In this document: positions 8,958-18,102 of the stretch, piece by piece
How positions within the stretch are numbered: the stretch's first letter is position 1
Layout: the number at the start of each line of letters is the position of its first letter
IMG/VR virus record: IMGVR_UViG_3300025687_000001
Location: 32,001 to 96,000 of that record
Direction: 5' to 3' (one strand)
DNA: 64,000 bases
Origin: a virus
Made by a program: the position numbers and the translations under genes
Notes under the pieces: generated by a model
Told to the model about the DNA's origin: nothing
Databases searched by the model: none
Seen by the model: the letters and a program-made list of their open reading frames with translations, nothing else

Positions 8958-11900
8958 GCAAGTAAAGCCCGCAGGATGCCGTGGGTGCTCCCTTTTCGAG
9001 GCACCCATGTCCTCCGGCTACGTGGGCAGTACCGAGCCCATAGGGCTCTTTTTGTTCGGTCGTCCCCCAATGTGGGGAGACCATCTATCTGGGTCCGCAT
9101 TCTCCGACAGAGCAGCGCGACTGCTGACCAAGATCCTCACGGACCTGGCCTCTGAGGAAAGCCGAGACCCCACTAGCTCCCTGCTGTCCCCCGCCAAGGA
9201 CCTCTATCGCCAAAAGGCATACATGTACGCGGTGCAGTGCGGTAAGCAGGGCCCCGCCCCTGATAAGGCCACAGTGACGCACTGTGCAGGTGCATACACG
9301 CACCACGTGATCTCACAGCTACAGCCCAAAGTCATTGTAGCTATGGGCACGCTAGCCTTTCAGTCACTGGGCCTGAAGGGTACGGTCAAGGACCTTCGGG
9401 GCAAGGTCATGCCTGTGACCATCGACGGCACACAGTACAAGGTGATCCCTACAATCAGCCCGGTGTCCCTGCTGAAGCGCGAGGATGCAGGGCTATACAG
9501 CGTAATCAAGAATGACGTTGCCCGCGCTGCCAACGAAGCGGCTGGCCTAACTGCTTCGCTAGACATGGGGGCCCTGACTGCTAGCTATGAGATTCCCAAG
9601 TCCATCCCAGAGCTCGCAGCTTTAGCCGAAGACTACGCTACGTACACAGAAGACGGCAAAACCATCGGCAACACGTTGATGGCGCTGGATACCGAAACGA
9701 ACACCCTGACTCCTTGGGAGCCGGGTGCGAAGGTAATCATGGTTTCCGCAGCCGTCGACAAAGGCAAGGCCTGCGCAATCTTCTTGGACCACCGGGAGGC
9801 GCCATACGATTGGCGTGAGGCGCTTCCGTACGTGTTGCGCATAACCATGTCCCCGCACCCGAAGACCTGGTGGAACTACAAGTTCGATCGTCAGATGTTC
9901 TGGTGCACCATACTCCCGGCACTACTAGAGCTCTGCCAAGACCCGGACTACCGCGCACACCTAGAGACCATAACGCGCCACAGTCTGGAAGACATCCTCG
10001 AGGTAGCTGGGCTAAACAATACCCGCTGGGACGGACTGCTTGGAGAGCACCTTCTAGATGAAGACAAAAAGGGCTTCTACGGGCTGAAGACCGTTGTCGC
10101 TGACTACCTGCCCGAGTACGCAGGCTACGACGACGAGCTCAGCGAGAACTTTAAGGAAGCTGGTGGACGGCAAAGCAAGTCTGAGTTAGCGGCGCGCGAG
10201 CACCCGCTAGCCCAGCTTCCGATAGGTCTATCGTACGACAACCCCAGCGTCCTCCCGGCTCCGCTGGACACTAAGTTCTCGGAGTACTACCTGGCACTAT
10301 GCCAGGTCCGAGACGACGCAGCGGAGAAGCGCGCTGACTGGAGCCGGAAGAACTACCCTGAGGTTCCTCGAGAAGAATTTGCTCGTCGCAAAGAGTACCT
10401 AACTTCGCGCGTAAAGAACCTGGACGCCGCGATTAAGCAAGAGAAAGCGGAGGATAAGGCTTACCAGCGTTTTCTGAAAACGTACATGGACGGGTACCAA
10501 CGAGCTCTGCAAGCCAAAATCGAGCTCGGAAACACACCTGACGCAACCTATGAGGACATCGACCCCGACATCCTCAGCGTCTACGCCGCAATAGACGCCG
10601 ACGTTACTAAGCAAATCACTCGGCGGCAGCGTATACGCGCGTACAGGGAGGACCCTCCTGGCCCCTCTGTGGGGCGGCCCACGCTGATTACCCTGATGCG
10701 TAGGCACTACCTGCCTCTGACCGAAGCGCTAAGTGAAATCCAAGCTGAAGGCGTGTGCGCGGACCGCGAGTATCTCCACTCCATCGGAGACAGCATTGAT
10801 GCTGAGAAAGAGGTCGTCGAGCGGGAAATACGCGACATGCTCTTCGCAGACGTTGGGCTGCCCCAGGACAAGGACATCAAGCTCAACAACCCCTCCACTC
10901 TGGGGGACATCCTCAACGGGATGTACGGCCTGCCGGTACTCAAGACAACCGACAAGGGCCAGGCTTCCATGGCTGAGGCTGTCTTAACAGAGTACGCAGA
11001 GGGCGGCTATGACATCGCTGAGCGGCTACTGACCTGGCGAAAGTTGGGCAAGGCCCGCAGCACGTACATCAAAAACCTGCTTGAGCTGTCCTCCATCGAC
11101 GGCCGCATTCGCGGGAACGTGCACATCAACGGCACGGCTACGGGGCGTACTTCCTCGAGCCAACCGAACCTGCAAAACCTTCCGCACATGCTGGGCCGGG
11201 TGAACATTAAAAAGGCGTTCATACCTACCCCAGTACACCGGGCGGAGTGGTGGGATTCTCAGAGGAACCGCGCCATGGCCGAGAGGTACGGTTGGCGCCG
11301 AGACGATCGGCTTGTGTGGGTCGACGTGGACTTCGCTGGCGCGGAAGTACGAGTGCTGTGTCGCTACGCGCAGGACCCTGCACTCCTAGAGGCGCTCAAC
11401 CGCGGCGACGACATGCACTCTTGGATGACCGCGGAGATCCACGGCCTGGATTACGAGTTCGTGAACAAGGACCGTAAGGAAAACCCCAAGGGGGAGATGG
11501 CTACCCTGCGCAGTGCAACGAAGCGCGTAGTCTTCGGAACCATTTACGGCGCGGGCGCTGCTAAAATTGGGGAACAGATCGGCGTCGATGAGACAGAGGC
11601 GCAAGCGATCATAGACAAGCTCATGCGCCGTTTCCCGTTGATCAAGCGGTACATGGACGATACCCGCCGAGAGATTGCCAAGAAGCTGCGCGTAGTTACT
11701 CCGTACGGCCGCTTCCGCCGGTTCCCGATGGCCAATGTTGGTCGGTGGATGAAGGGTAGGAACGACCGGCAGGGCATCAACTTCCTAGTGCAGAGCTACT
11801 GCTCTGACATCGTTATGTCCTGCTTGGTCAACATGCACCGTTCCCGATCGGGAATATCCGGGCGGTTACTGCTCACTGTGCATGACTCTATCTGCCTGGA

Positions 11901-12078
11901 AATGCCCGATCGGGAAATTTCTAAGCTGCTGCCTTGGCTTAACCAGACCGTAGATCAGCATATCAAAAAGCAGTTCCCCGATATGCCGGTCTCTATGCCG
12001 TACGACGTTGATGTCGGCTACTCCTACGGGGAGAAGCAAGACATCAGCAAATTTGTGTCACAAGAGAATGTTGCATGA
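8938..12078 (+). CDS. polA: Family A DNA polymerase with N-terminal UDG-like domain and 3'-5' exonuclease
   Basis: ExoI LDTET, ExoII NYKFD, ExoIII YAAIDA; TATGRTSSSQPNLQN; motif A DFAGAEVR, motif B KRVVFGTIYG, motif C VHDS. Confidence 0.95.
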   Translation: MNPELTKQVKPAGCRGCSLFEAPMSSGYVGSTEPIGLFLFGRPPMWGDHLSGSAFSDRAARLLTKILTDLASEESRDPTSSLLSPAKDLYRQKAYMYAVQCGKQGPAPDKATVTHCAGAYTHHVISQLQPKVIVAMGTLAFQSLGLKGTVKDLRGKVMPVTIDGTQYKVIPTISPVSLLKREDAGLYSVIKNDVARAANEAAGLTASLDMGALTASYEIPKSIPELAALAEDYATYTEDGKTIGNTLMALDTETNTLTPWEPGAKVIMVSAAVDKGKACAIFLDHREAPYDWREALPYVLRITMSPHPKTWWNYKFDRQMFWCTILPALLELCQDPDYRAHLETITRHSLEDILEVAGLNNTRWDGLLGEHLLDEDKKGFYGLKTVVADYLPEYAGYDDELSENFKEAGGRQSKSELAAREHPLAQLPIGLSYDNPSVLPAPLDTKFSEYYLALCQVRDDAAEKRADWSRKNYPEVPREEFARRKEYLTSRVKNLDAAIKQEKAEDKAYQRFLKTYMDGYQRALQAKIELGNTPDATYEDIDPDILSVYAAIDADVTKQITRRQRIRAYREDPPGPSVGRPTLITLMRRHYLPLTEALSEIQAEGVCADREYLHSIGDSIDAEKEVVEREIRDMLFADVGLPQDKDIKLNNPSTLGDILNGMYGLPVLKTTDKGQASMAEAVLTEYAEGGYDIAERLLTWRKLGKARSTYIKNLLELSSIDGRIRGNVHINGTATGRTSSSQPNLQNLPHMLGRVNIKKAFIPTPVHRAEWWDSQRNRAMAERYGWRRDDRLVWVDVDFAGAEVRVLCRYAQDPALLEALNRGDDMHSWMTAEIHGLDYEFVNKDRKENPKGEMATLRSATKRVVFGTIYGAGAAKIGEQIGVDETEAQAIIDKLMRRFPLIKRYMDDTRREIAKKLRVVTPYGRFRRFPMANVGRWMKGRNDRQGINFLVQSYCSDIVMSCLVNMHRSRSGISGRLLLTVHDSICLEMPDREISKLLPWLNQTVDQHIKKQFPDMPVSMPYDVDVGYSYGEKQDISKFVSQENVA

Positions 12079-12080
12079 CC

Positions 12081-12199
12081 TCTAACTAAGCGCCCCGTTG
12101 GGCCAGCAGCGCAACGCTGTTTCAGTTGGTCTCATCAGTGCTCTGCGAGCACTGATGGTCATCTCGGCGACCTGGTCGCTGCAATCTTCGTTAGTTAGA
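12081..12199 (+). ncRNA. Retron msr-msd-like ncRNA, unit 1
   Basis: Closing IR tctaactaa/ttagttaga with G12090 opposite G12190. Hairpins gccc-cgtt-gggc and cagcg-caa-cgctg, then an 11-bp hairpin catcagtgctc/gagcactgatg. Confidence 0.65.
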
Positions 12200-12200
12200 T

Positions 12201-12355
12201 TTGGGATAGCCCACTTTGTGTGGTTGGGGAAGTGACTTCCCTAGAGTAACACTAAGGGCCCGGCCCCCCTTCCAGATGTCCGCCGGCGCCCGGCGGGGCC
12301 CTCTACTTAAGTGCCCCGCGGAGCTCGGTTAGGAACTCAATAAATCGTATCCCAA
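12201..12355 (+). ncRNA. Retron msr-msd-like ncRNA, unit 2
   Basis: Closing IR ttgggata/tatcccaa with G12209 opposite G12347. Hairpins ccac-tttgt-gtgg and gggaag-tga-cttccc, then nested agggccc/gggccct and ccgccgg/ccggcgg stems. Confidence 0.65.
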
Positions 12356-12358
12356 GCT

Positions 12359-12480
12359 TTGAATCAGGCAGCCTTTCGGCTAATCCCCCGAAACGGGGGA
12401 GACGTACCTCCGGGGCTCCTACCGTCACTCCCCGTCGGCGGAGCTGCTCGAGATGAACTGGGCTCGAAATCGTGATTCAA
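12359..12480 (+). ncRNA. Retron msr-msd-like ncRNA, unit 3
   Basis: Closing IR ttgaatca/tgattcaa with G12367 opposite G12472. Hairpins agcc-tttc-ggct and tcccccg-aaa-cggggga, then gctcc/ggagc and tcgag/ctcga stems. Confidence 0.65.
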
Positions 12481-12482
12481 CG

Positions 12483-14111
12483 CTAAGCAATCAACGAAGA
12501 TCTAGCATCTGCGCTGTAGAAGGTAAGGTCCTTGCGGCGGATCTTGCCTGCAATCCACGCGAAAATCTGAGCGTGGAGTGCGTCGTCTGGGTTGGAGGGG
12601 GCGTGACGCCATACCCGCTTTCCGGCCTGCGTCACTTCCTCGTACACCGACAGCATGTCCTCAAACACCGGAGCGCTCTGCTTCACGTTGGGGTACCGGT
12701 ACAAGCCGTTCTTGGCGTTGTAGAGGAAGTTGTCGATCATCGTAGTACGGTCCGCCATGTAGCGGTCTCGCTGGTTCCAGCGAAGGTGGGCTCCTCCGCC
12801 CTCAACCCCTGCGTACTGAACCTGCCATACCCGCTGGGGCCCTAGGCGCTTAGTCAGTAGGTTGTTGCCGATGTGGCCCTCTCCTGCGTCACCAATCGCG
12901 AGACTTACCTGGTATAAGTTAAAGACGCGGGCGATTTCCTCGACGGAGTCTACTGGGTTGACCACCGGGAAAATCTTGAACCACAGAGTGTGGTGGCGCC
13001 CTCCGGCGTCGATACCCCAGATCCAGGCGACAGTCCTAGAGTTACCTTTCGAGCCCCCGCCGGACCAGTCTACCCCTCCCACTACGTGGACAACGCCCTT
13101 GGCCGACTCCGGCCTAACGGCCTTAGACGGTGAGGCGTCAAGAGTGTGCTCCTCGCAACAAGCCTGAAGCTCGTCAAGAGAGATAAGCCTCGCTCCGATA
13201 GAGTCGGAGATGCCCAGCACCTCGTTCTTAAAGTCCGAGGGTGCGTAGTCTTCGTGCTTCTGCAGAATTCTGGACCAGCGTTCAGGCCTCTCGTTGTTGA
13301 GCGGCAAGATTAGCTGCGGGATGTGGAAGCCCTTGATCCGGTCAGCGTCCGGAGATTCTGGGTCCACGTCATCGGGGACGGGGTTCATGTCTATCCACGT
13401 CCCATTACGGGGGTTTACGTACGCCTTACACTTGAGGCAAATGATCCCCTTCTTTCCGATTCCCGCGTCATTGACGTAGTAGGAATAGTCGCCGCAAGCT
13501 TCACACTTCACGCACCACTCGGACTGGGTGGAGGACCGCCACATAAACTCAATGGTGTTCTCCATCGTCTTAGGCGTGCCCGTGTAGCCAAAGTACCCGT
13601 AGTTGGAGTTAGCGGCGCACTCAGAGACCACAGGGACAACCTCGTCGTAGAGGATGTCCTGGATCTCATCGAAGTTGATGCGGTCAGCAGAGTACCCACG
13701 TGCGCGGTCAGGATCGTCCGACGCGTATGTGAATATGAGCTCACTACCGTTAGCAAGGATCTTCAGGAAGACGTTGTCCGGGGCGTGCGGGTCTAAGTAT
13801 AAGTCTCTCACCAACGGCGAATGCCGGAGCATCTTGGCTACGCGCGTATTAGAGAAGGTCGACGTCTGCTTGAGACTTGGGCTGACGTAGAGGGTTCTGA
13901 AGTACGGACGCGAGATCGCATCGACCACAGTGTGTGCTGCGGCTGACACGGACTTCCCTACCTGTCGCCCGCATTTCATCAGCGTTTTTCGCCACTGCCC
14001 CCTGTAAATAGCGTCATACATGGGGTAGTCGTATAGGGAAAATTGAGTGCCCTCTAGCCAGAGAAGCTTCTCGGCTAGTTGGCGACGCGACGCTTTGAAT
14101 TCGACAGACAT
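12483..14111 (-). CDS. terL: Terminase large subunit (GpA-like)
   Basis: Walker A CGRQVGKS, RGYSADRINFDE, GTPKT, CxxC...CxxC, nuclease GVDW and PDDALHA. ATG at 14111 chosen. Confidence 0.9.
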   Translation of the reverse strand: MSVEFKASRRQLAEKLLWLEGTQFSLYDYPMYDAIYRGQWRKTLMKCGRQVGKSVSAAAHTVVDAISRPYFRTLYVSPSLKQTSTFSNTRVAKMLRHSPLVRDLYLDPHAPDNVFLKILANGSELIFTYASDDPDRARGYSADRINFDEIQDILYDEVVPVVSECAANSNYGYFGYTGTPKTMENTIEFMWRSSTQSEWCVKCEACGDYSYYVNDAGIGKKGIICLKCKAYVNPRNGTWIDMNPVPDDVDPESPDADRIKGFHIPQLILPLNNERPERWSRILQKHEDYAPSDFKNEVLGISDSIGARLISLDELQACCEEHTLDASPSKAVRPESAKGVVHVVGGVDWSGGGSKGNSRTVAWIWGIDAGGRHHTLWFKIFPVVNPVDSVEEIARVFNLYQVSLAIGDAGEGHIGNNLLTKRLGPQRVWQVQYAGVEGGGAHLRWNQRDRYMADRTTMIDNFLYNAKNGLYRYPNVKQSAPVFEDMLSVYEEVTQAGKRVWRHAPSNPDDALHAQIFAWIAGKIRRKDLTFYSADARSSLIA

Positions 14112-15333
14112 GAGCGATACAACCGAAAAGGGCTCCGCCCAAAACCGCTTCTGGGAGGAAATGGGTGTTCCTCTCGTTACCGTACAGCAGGCCCGCCTGG
14201 CCGTAAAGATGGCATTCGACGCCGGACTCGTCCCCGCTCTCGTGGGACACGCCGGCATCGGCAAGACGCAGTCCCTCAAGGAAGAGGGCCGCGAAGACCG
14301 CGGAGGTGGCTACTACGGCTGGTACCTCCAGACCGCCATGCCCGAGGACGTGCAGGGGCTGGCTTTCCGCGCACCGAACGGAAAGTCCTACGACTACCTG
14401 CAGCAGTCGCAGATAGTGAACAACGTGGACAGCCACGAGGGCGGCGTCATCGTCCTCGAGGAGCTCAACCGCGCCTCCAAGGAGACAGCGGCCGCGGCGT
14501 TCGCGTTCATGGATCAGTTCCACGAGAACTTCCCGAAGGGGTGGCACCTGGCGCTCGCCATGAACCCCAGCGGCGGAGAGTACGCCACGGACTCTCTGAT
14601 CCACGACCCGGCGCTACGCCGCCGCGTCGTGTGGATCGCGGTACGCGAAGACCGTACAGAGTGGCTCCGCTACGCGCGTGATCGCGAGCTGCACCCGATG
14701 GTAATCGCCTACATCGAGGCGAACGCCAACATGCTCCTGGACACCAAGCGCCGCGCAGCCGGGCGGATCTACGCCACCCCCGCCTCGTGGGAAAAGGTGT
14801 CCACCATCCTCAAGACCATAGAGGAGCAGAACGGGGGCAACCTGTCTCCGATCCCCGCCGCCACCGAGAACGTTCTCTCGGGGCTGATCGGGGACACCGC
14901 GGCCGGTGAGGTCCTGCGGTTCATCGAGGACAACAACATCATCATCCACCCGCAGGAGGTGTTGGAGTCCTACAAGGGGGAGAAGAGCGAGGTTCGCTCC
15001 CGCGTGCGCAACGCCATCCGATCCGGCCGCGTGGACGTCGTCTCCGCCCTGTGCGACAACCTCAAGACGGTGCTGCTGTCCAGCATGCCCAAGGTCAACA
15101 AGAAGCTCTGCGAGAACCTCGTGACCTTCTTGAAGGACCTGCCGAACGAGCTGAGGATGGTCGTCATCACTGGTTTCCGCGAGGCCAACACGCAAGAGGC
15201 CTCTCGTTGGGTCAGCACTCTTCAGCTGGAGCTGGTGCGCACCCCCGGGTACTCGGACGTCTTCACGTCCATCCTGGGAGACGTCACCAAGGTCGAAGAG
15301 GCGCTCAGCGACGAAGAGGCCAACAAGAAGTAA
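14110..15333 (+). CDS. MoxR-like AAA+ ATPase
   Basis: GHAGIGKT, VIVLEELNRA, AMNP, DPALRRR and ATPASWE. Confidence 0.85.
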   Translation: MSDTTEKGSAQNRFWEEMGVPLVTVQQARLAVKMAFDAGLVPALVGHAGIGKTQSLKEEGREDRGGGYYGWYLQTAMPEDVQGLAFRAPNGKSYDYLQQSQIVNNVDSHEGGVIVLEELNRASKETAAAAFAFMDQFHENFPKGWHLALAMNPSGGEYATDSLIHDPALRRRVVWIAVREDRTEWLRYARDRELHPMVIAYIEANANMLLDTKRRAAGRIYATPASWEKVSTILKTIEEQNGGNLSPIPAATENVLSGLIGDTAAGEVLRFIEDNNIIIHPQEVLESYKGEKSEVRSRVRNAIRSGRVDVVSALCDNLKTVLLSSMPKVNKKLCENLVTFLKDLPNELRMVVITGFREANTQEASRWVSTLQLELVRTPGYSDVFTSILGDVTKVEEALSDEEANKK

Positions 15334-17199
15334 GTGGCCGAGAAGCGCCTCGAGGAGTTCTTCCCTTTGGCGGGGGTTCAGCCATACCCCCACCAGAGGG
15401 AAGTCTTCTCTTTAATTGAGAAAGCTCGTAGGGACAAACCTGCCGCTAAGTTCGTAATCCTCCGCGCGCCCACTGGTACAGGCAAAAGCGCCATTACTAT
15501 GACGCTCGCTCAAGCCGCAGGCACTGCGCATGTTTTAGCGTCGCACCGCTTCCTCCAGCAGCAATACGTAGACGACTACTCTCACTTGAACCTGGGGAAC
15601 CTCTGGGGGAAGAGAAACTACGTTTGCATGGCCAGCGCTACACTTATAGACGCTCCAGGGTCTAGCACCCCCTATACCTGTGGAGACTGTCTCGCGTACC
15701 GGAACGACCGAAGGGTAGACCTTGCACTCAGCCCCAGTAACTTCATCGCAAAGCACTGCTCCGTGCATAATGGCGACGGCATGAATTGCCCGTACCAGCG
15801 TGCAAAGACGGAGACACAGGCGGCTGATATAGCGCTAACGAACTTCAACAGTTTCTTCGCTCACTACAACTACAGCGGCCTCTTGAAACCTCGTCAGGCA
15901 CTCATCATCGACGAGGCGCACCTCCTGCCCGGCAGGCTGGTGGACATCTTGTCGGTAGGGGTGCAGTACCTGTCCCGCAGCAAGCACAAGGAAGTCTACC
16001 CGCTGCCGCGACCCACCGACCGCATGGAACAATGCGCGGCCTGGTTGGAAGCCAAGGTCCTCCCGTTCTTGATGAAAACCGTGTCCCGCGTGGGACCGAT
16101 CATTGTGCGGTGGAACTCAACAGCCTCTCAGTGGGAAATGCCGGACGGGTCTTGCGCCGCGGACTACATCGATGGTCTCCGGGGGGCGGTTCAACGAATC
16201 ATGGCTGACCTGTTAAAAGCGTCTCCCACCTTAGCGGGGGCCCAGGGCGGGCTGCTGAGCTCTGCTCACGCCGAAGAACGGCAGTTTCGGGCCTGCAAGC
16301 TACTGCTCACAGTACTAAGGCTAATCCCGTCGCTCAAGGCTCACCCGGACAGTTGGTGCGTGGACGTAGAGCACAACCCGGACAGAGTCGTCTTTCGGCC
16401 TATCAAACCGGGCCGCCTAGCTCACGCAACGCTATTTAGCGCAGGCAGCGAAGTAGTGCTCTTGTCGGCTACCCTGGATAAAGGACCTTTCCTAGAAGAC
16501 CTGGGTATAAGGGAAGACGAGATCCGTGCGTTCATCGACGTGCCATCTCTGTTTCCTGTGAAGTGCCGGCCAATCATCTACTGCGCTGCTGGTAACATGC
16601 GCAAAGCAGACGCTGAGGCCACTCTGCCGAAGATGGCGGAGAAGATTGCAGAGATCCTCACCGTAAACCACTCAACCCACAAGGGCATCATCCACACGCA
16701 CACGTTCAAAAACGGTGAGATGCTGCGGGCGCTGCTTCCTCCAGAGGTGGCTAATCGGATCATTTGGCACCAGCCAGGCGGACCCAACGTAGAACGCCTC
16801 ATCGAGGACTTTTACGACAGTGACCAAATGTGGCTTGCTAGCCCTTCGTGCACTGAGGGCCTAGACGGACGTGGGCCGAGGGTGCGGGCCCAGATACTGA
16901 TGAAAGCTCCGTACCCCAACTTGGGAGGGAGTGCGCGCATCAAAAAGCGCATGAAGCTACCTGACGGAAATCTCTGGTACGCCATGCAAGCCGCTAACAC
17001 GCTGATCCAGGCGTACGGGCGGGGCTGTCGGTACCAGAAGGACTACTGCGTAACCTACGTACTGGACTCCGGGATCACGGGTCTAGTCGGTAAAGCTCGA
17101 AACAACCTCCCAACCTGGTTCCTCCAGGCATGGGATATGCGCTACCCGCAAAGGTGGCAGCAAAACAGACCAGGTGTATGGACGATACGAAAAGCCTGA
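15334..17199 (+). CDS. DinG/XPD-family SF2 helicase
   Basis: PYPHQ, APTGTGKS, Fe-S cysteines, IIDEAH, LSAT, EGLD and QAYGRGCR. Confidence 0.9.
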   Translation: MAEKRLEEFFPLAGVQPYPHQREVFSLIEKARRDKPAAKFVILRAPTGTGKSAITMTLAQAAGTAHVLASHRFLQQQYVDDYSHLNLGNLWGKRNYVCMASATLIDAPGSSTPYTCGDCLAYRNDRRVDLALSPSNFIAKHCSVHNGDGMNCPYQRAKTETQAADIALTNFNSFFAHYNYSGLLKPRQALIIDEAHLLPGRLVDILSVGVQYLSRSKHKEVYPLPRPTDRMEQCAAWLEAKVLPFLMKTVSRVGPIIVRWNSTASQWEMPDGSCAADYIDGLRGAVQRIMADLLKASPTLAGAQGGLLSSAHAEERQFRACKLLLTVLRLIPSLKAHPDSWCVDVEHNPDRVVFRPIKPGRLAHATLFSAGSEVVLLSATLDKGPFLEDLGIREDEIRAFIDVPSLFPVKCRPIIYCAAGNMRKADAEATLPKMAEKIAEILTVNHSTHKGIIHTHTFKNGEMLRALLPPEVANRIIWHQPGGPNVERLIEDFYDSDQMWLASPSCTEGLDGRGPRVRAQILMKAPYPNLGGSARIKKRMKLPDGNLWYAMQAANTLIQAYGRGCRYQKDYCVTYVLDSGITGLVGKARNNLPTWFLQAWDMRYPQRWQQNRPGVWTIRKA

Positions 17200-17462
17200 G
17201 AGACTACGGTCTCCCGGATGTAGAACCCACGGGGACCCCCGAGTGGGAGCCTCTGGAAGGAGACGACGCACCGCCGTGCCCTAACTGCGGTGCCCGGCTT
17301 TGCAAGGTGAAGGTCGCAGTCAAGCTGGCGCTACTACGTGGCGGAGCAGGGACGGCCCACTACTTGGGGTGCCCTGCGTGTCCCTGGGCCAGCCCCAGCA
17401 CTGCTGTCTCGGACAGAGCTAGCCCTACAAGCGGACCCCAGCCTCCAACAACTGAGAGTTAA
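17178..17462 (+). CDS. Small zinc-ribbon protein
   Basis: CPNC...CPAC. Confidence 0.55.
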   Translation: MDDTKSLRDYGLPDVEPTGTPEWEPLEGDDAPPCPNCGARLCKVKVAVKLALLRGGAGTAHYLGCPACPWASPSTAVSDRASPTSGPQPPTTES

Positions 17463-18102
17463 GCAAACTACGCATCGTACTGACGTAGTTGCCTACCTCC
17501 ATAAGAACCCTGGCGTGCACGCACGCGGCGTCATCCTCGTCGTACGGGCACTCCTTGTGAGTGCCTAGGAGCTCCAGGGTTCTTTTCTTTAGTTCCTCTT
17601 CTCGGCCCACCTTCGGGACCATGGTGTCCAGCGCATCCTGTGCAAACGCCAGCTCAGGAGGAACAATCACCAGACCGCTTGTAGCACAAAGAGCAGCGGC
17701 GTAAACAGCGGGCTCATCCCCGTAAAACTGCGGCCCACTCCACTCTTCGTAATGCTGGGCCATGAGGCGCATCTCCACTACCGTCCAGCAGAGCTCACCA
17801 ACCTCTGTGCCCGTGATGGACTCTGGCTGCGCAACCCGCCCATTGAGCGTCTCAGAGAGGTTCTCCAGCACGCGAGCGTCCCACAGGTAGGCAGGGTTAG
17901 CCCTGACCGCTGTGACCGCTAGGAGGCGGTCCAAGGCGGCCTCGTCGGGGGGCAGGCAGCCCTGGTCCTCCAAGAAGACCAAGAGGCTATCTGTCTCCCA
18001 CGCAGCATGCGCCCCGCCCGTAAGCTCGTCACAGGCAAGGCTCTGCACTAGGGCCAGTGTGTCGCCCGAAGAGAGGAGGGATTTGGCTTTTTCTAGGAGC
18101 AC
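17425..18102 (-). CDS. Hypothetical protein
   Basis: 225-aa ORF whose start overlaps the stop of the upstream gene. Confidence 0.65.
   Translation of the reverse strand: MLLEKAKSLLSSGDTLALVQSLACDELTGGAHAAWETDSLLVFLEDQGCLPPDEAALDRLLAVTAVRANPAYLWDARVLENLSETLNGRVAQPESITGTEVGELCWTVVEMRLMAQHYEEWSGPQFYGDEPAVYAAALCATSGLVIVPPELAFAQDALDTMVPKVGREEELKKRTLELLGTHKECPYDEDDAACVHARVLMEVGNYVSTMRSLLNSQLLEAGVRL

Noticed and set aside
12100-12145. Hammerhead ribozyme-like CTGATGA...GAAAC on the - strand
   Set aside because: Stem II cannot form, the UH cleavage motif is absent and there is no stem I partner; the CTGATG belongs to a perfect hairpin.
12079-12482. tmRNA, RNase P RNA or simple terminators in the polA-terL gap
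   Set aside because: No tRNA-like ends or RNase P conserved motifs, no U-tracts, and three repeated multi-branch domains exceed what a terminator needs.
14112-14279. N-terminal extension of the TerL ORF (similar extensions at 3835-3939 and 321-386)
   Set aside because: These overlap well-supported genes and look like upstream open-frame artefacts.
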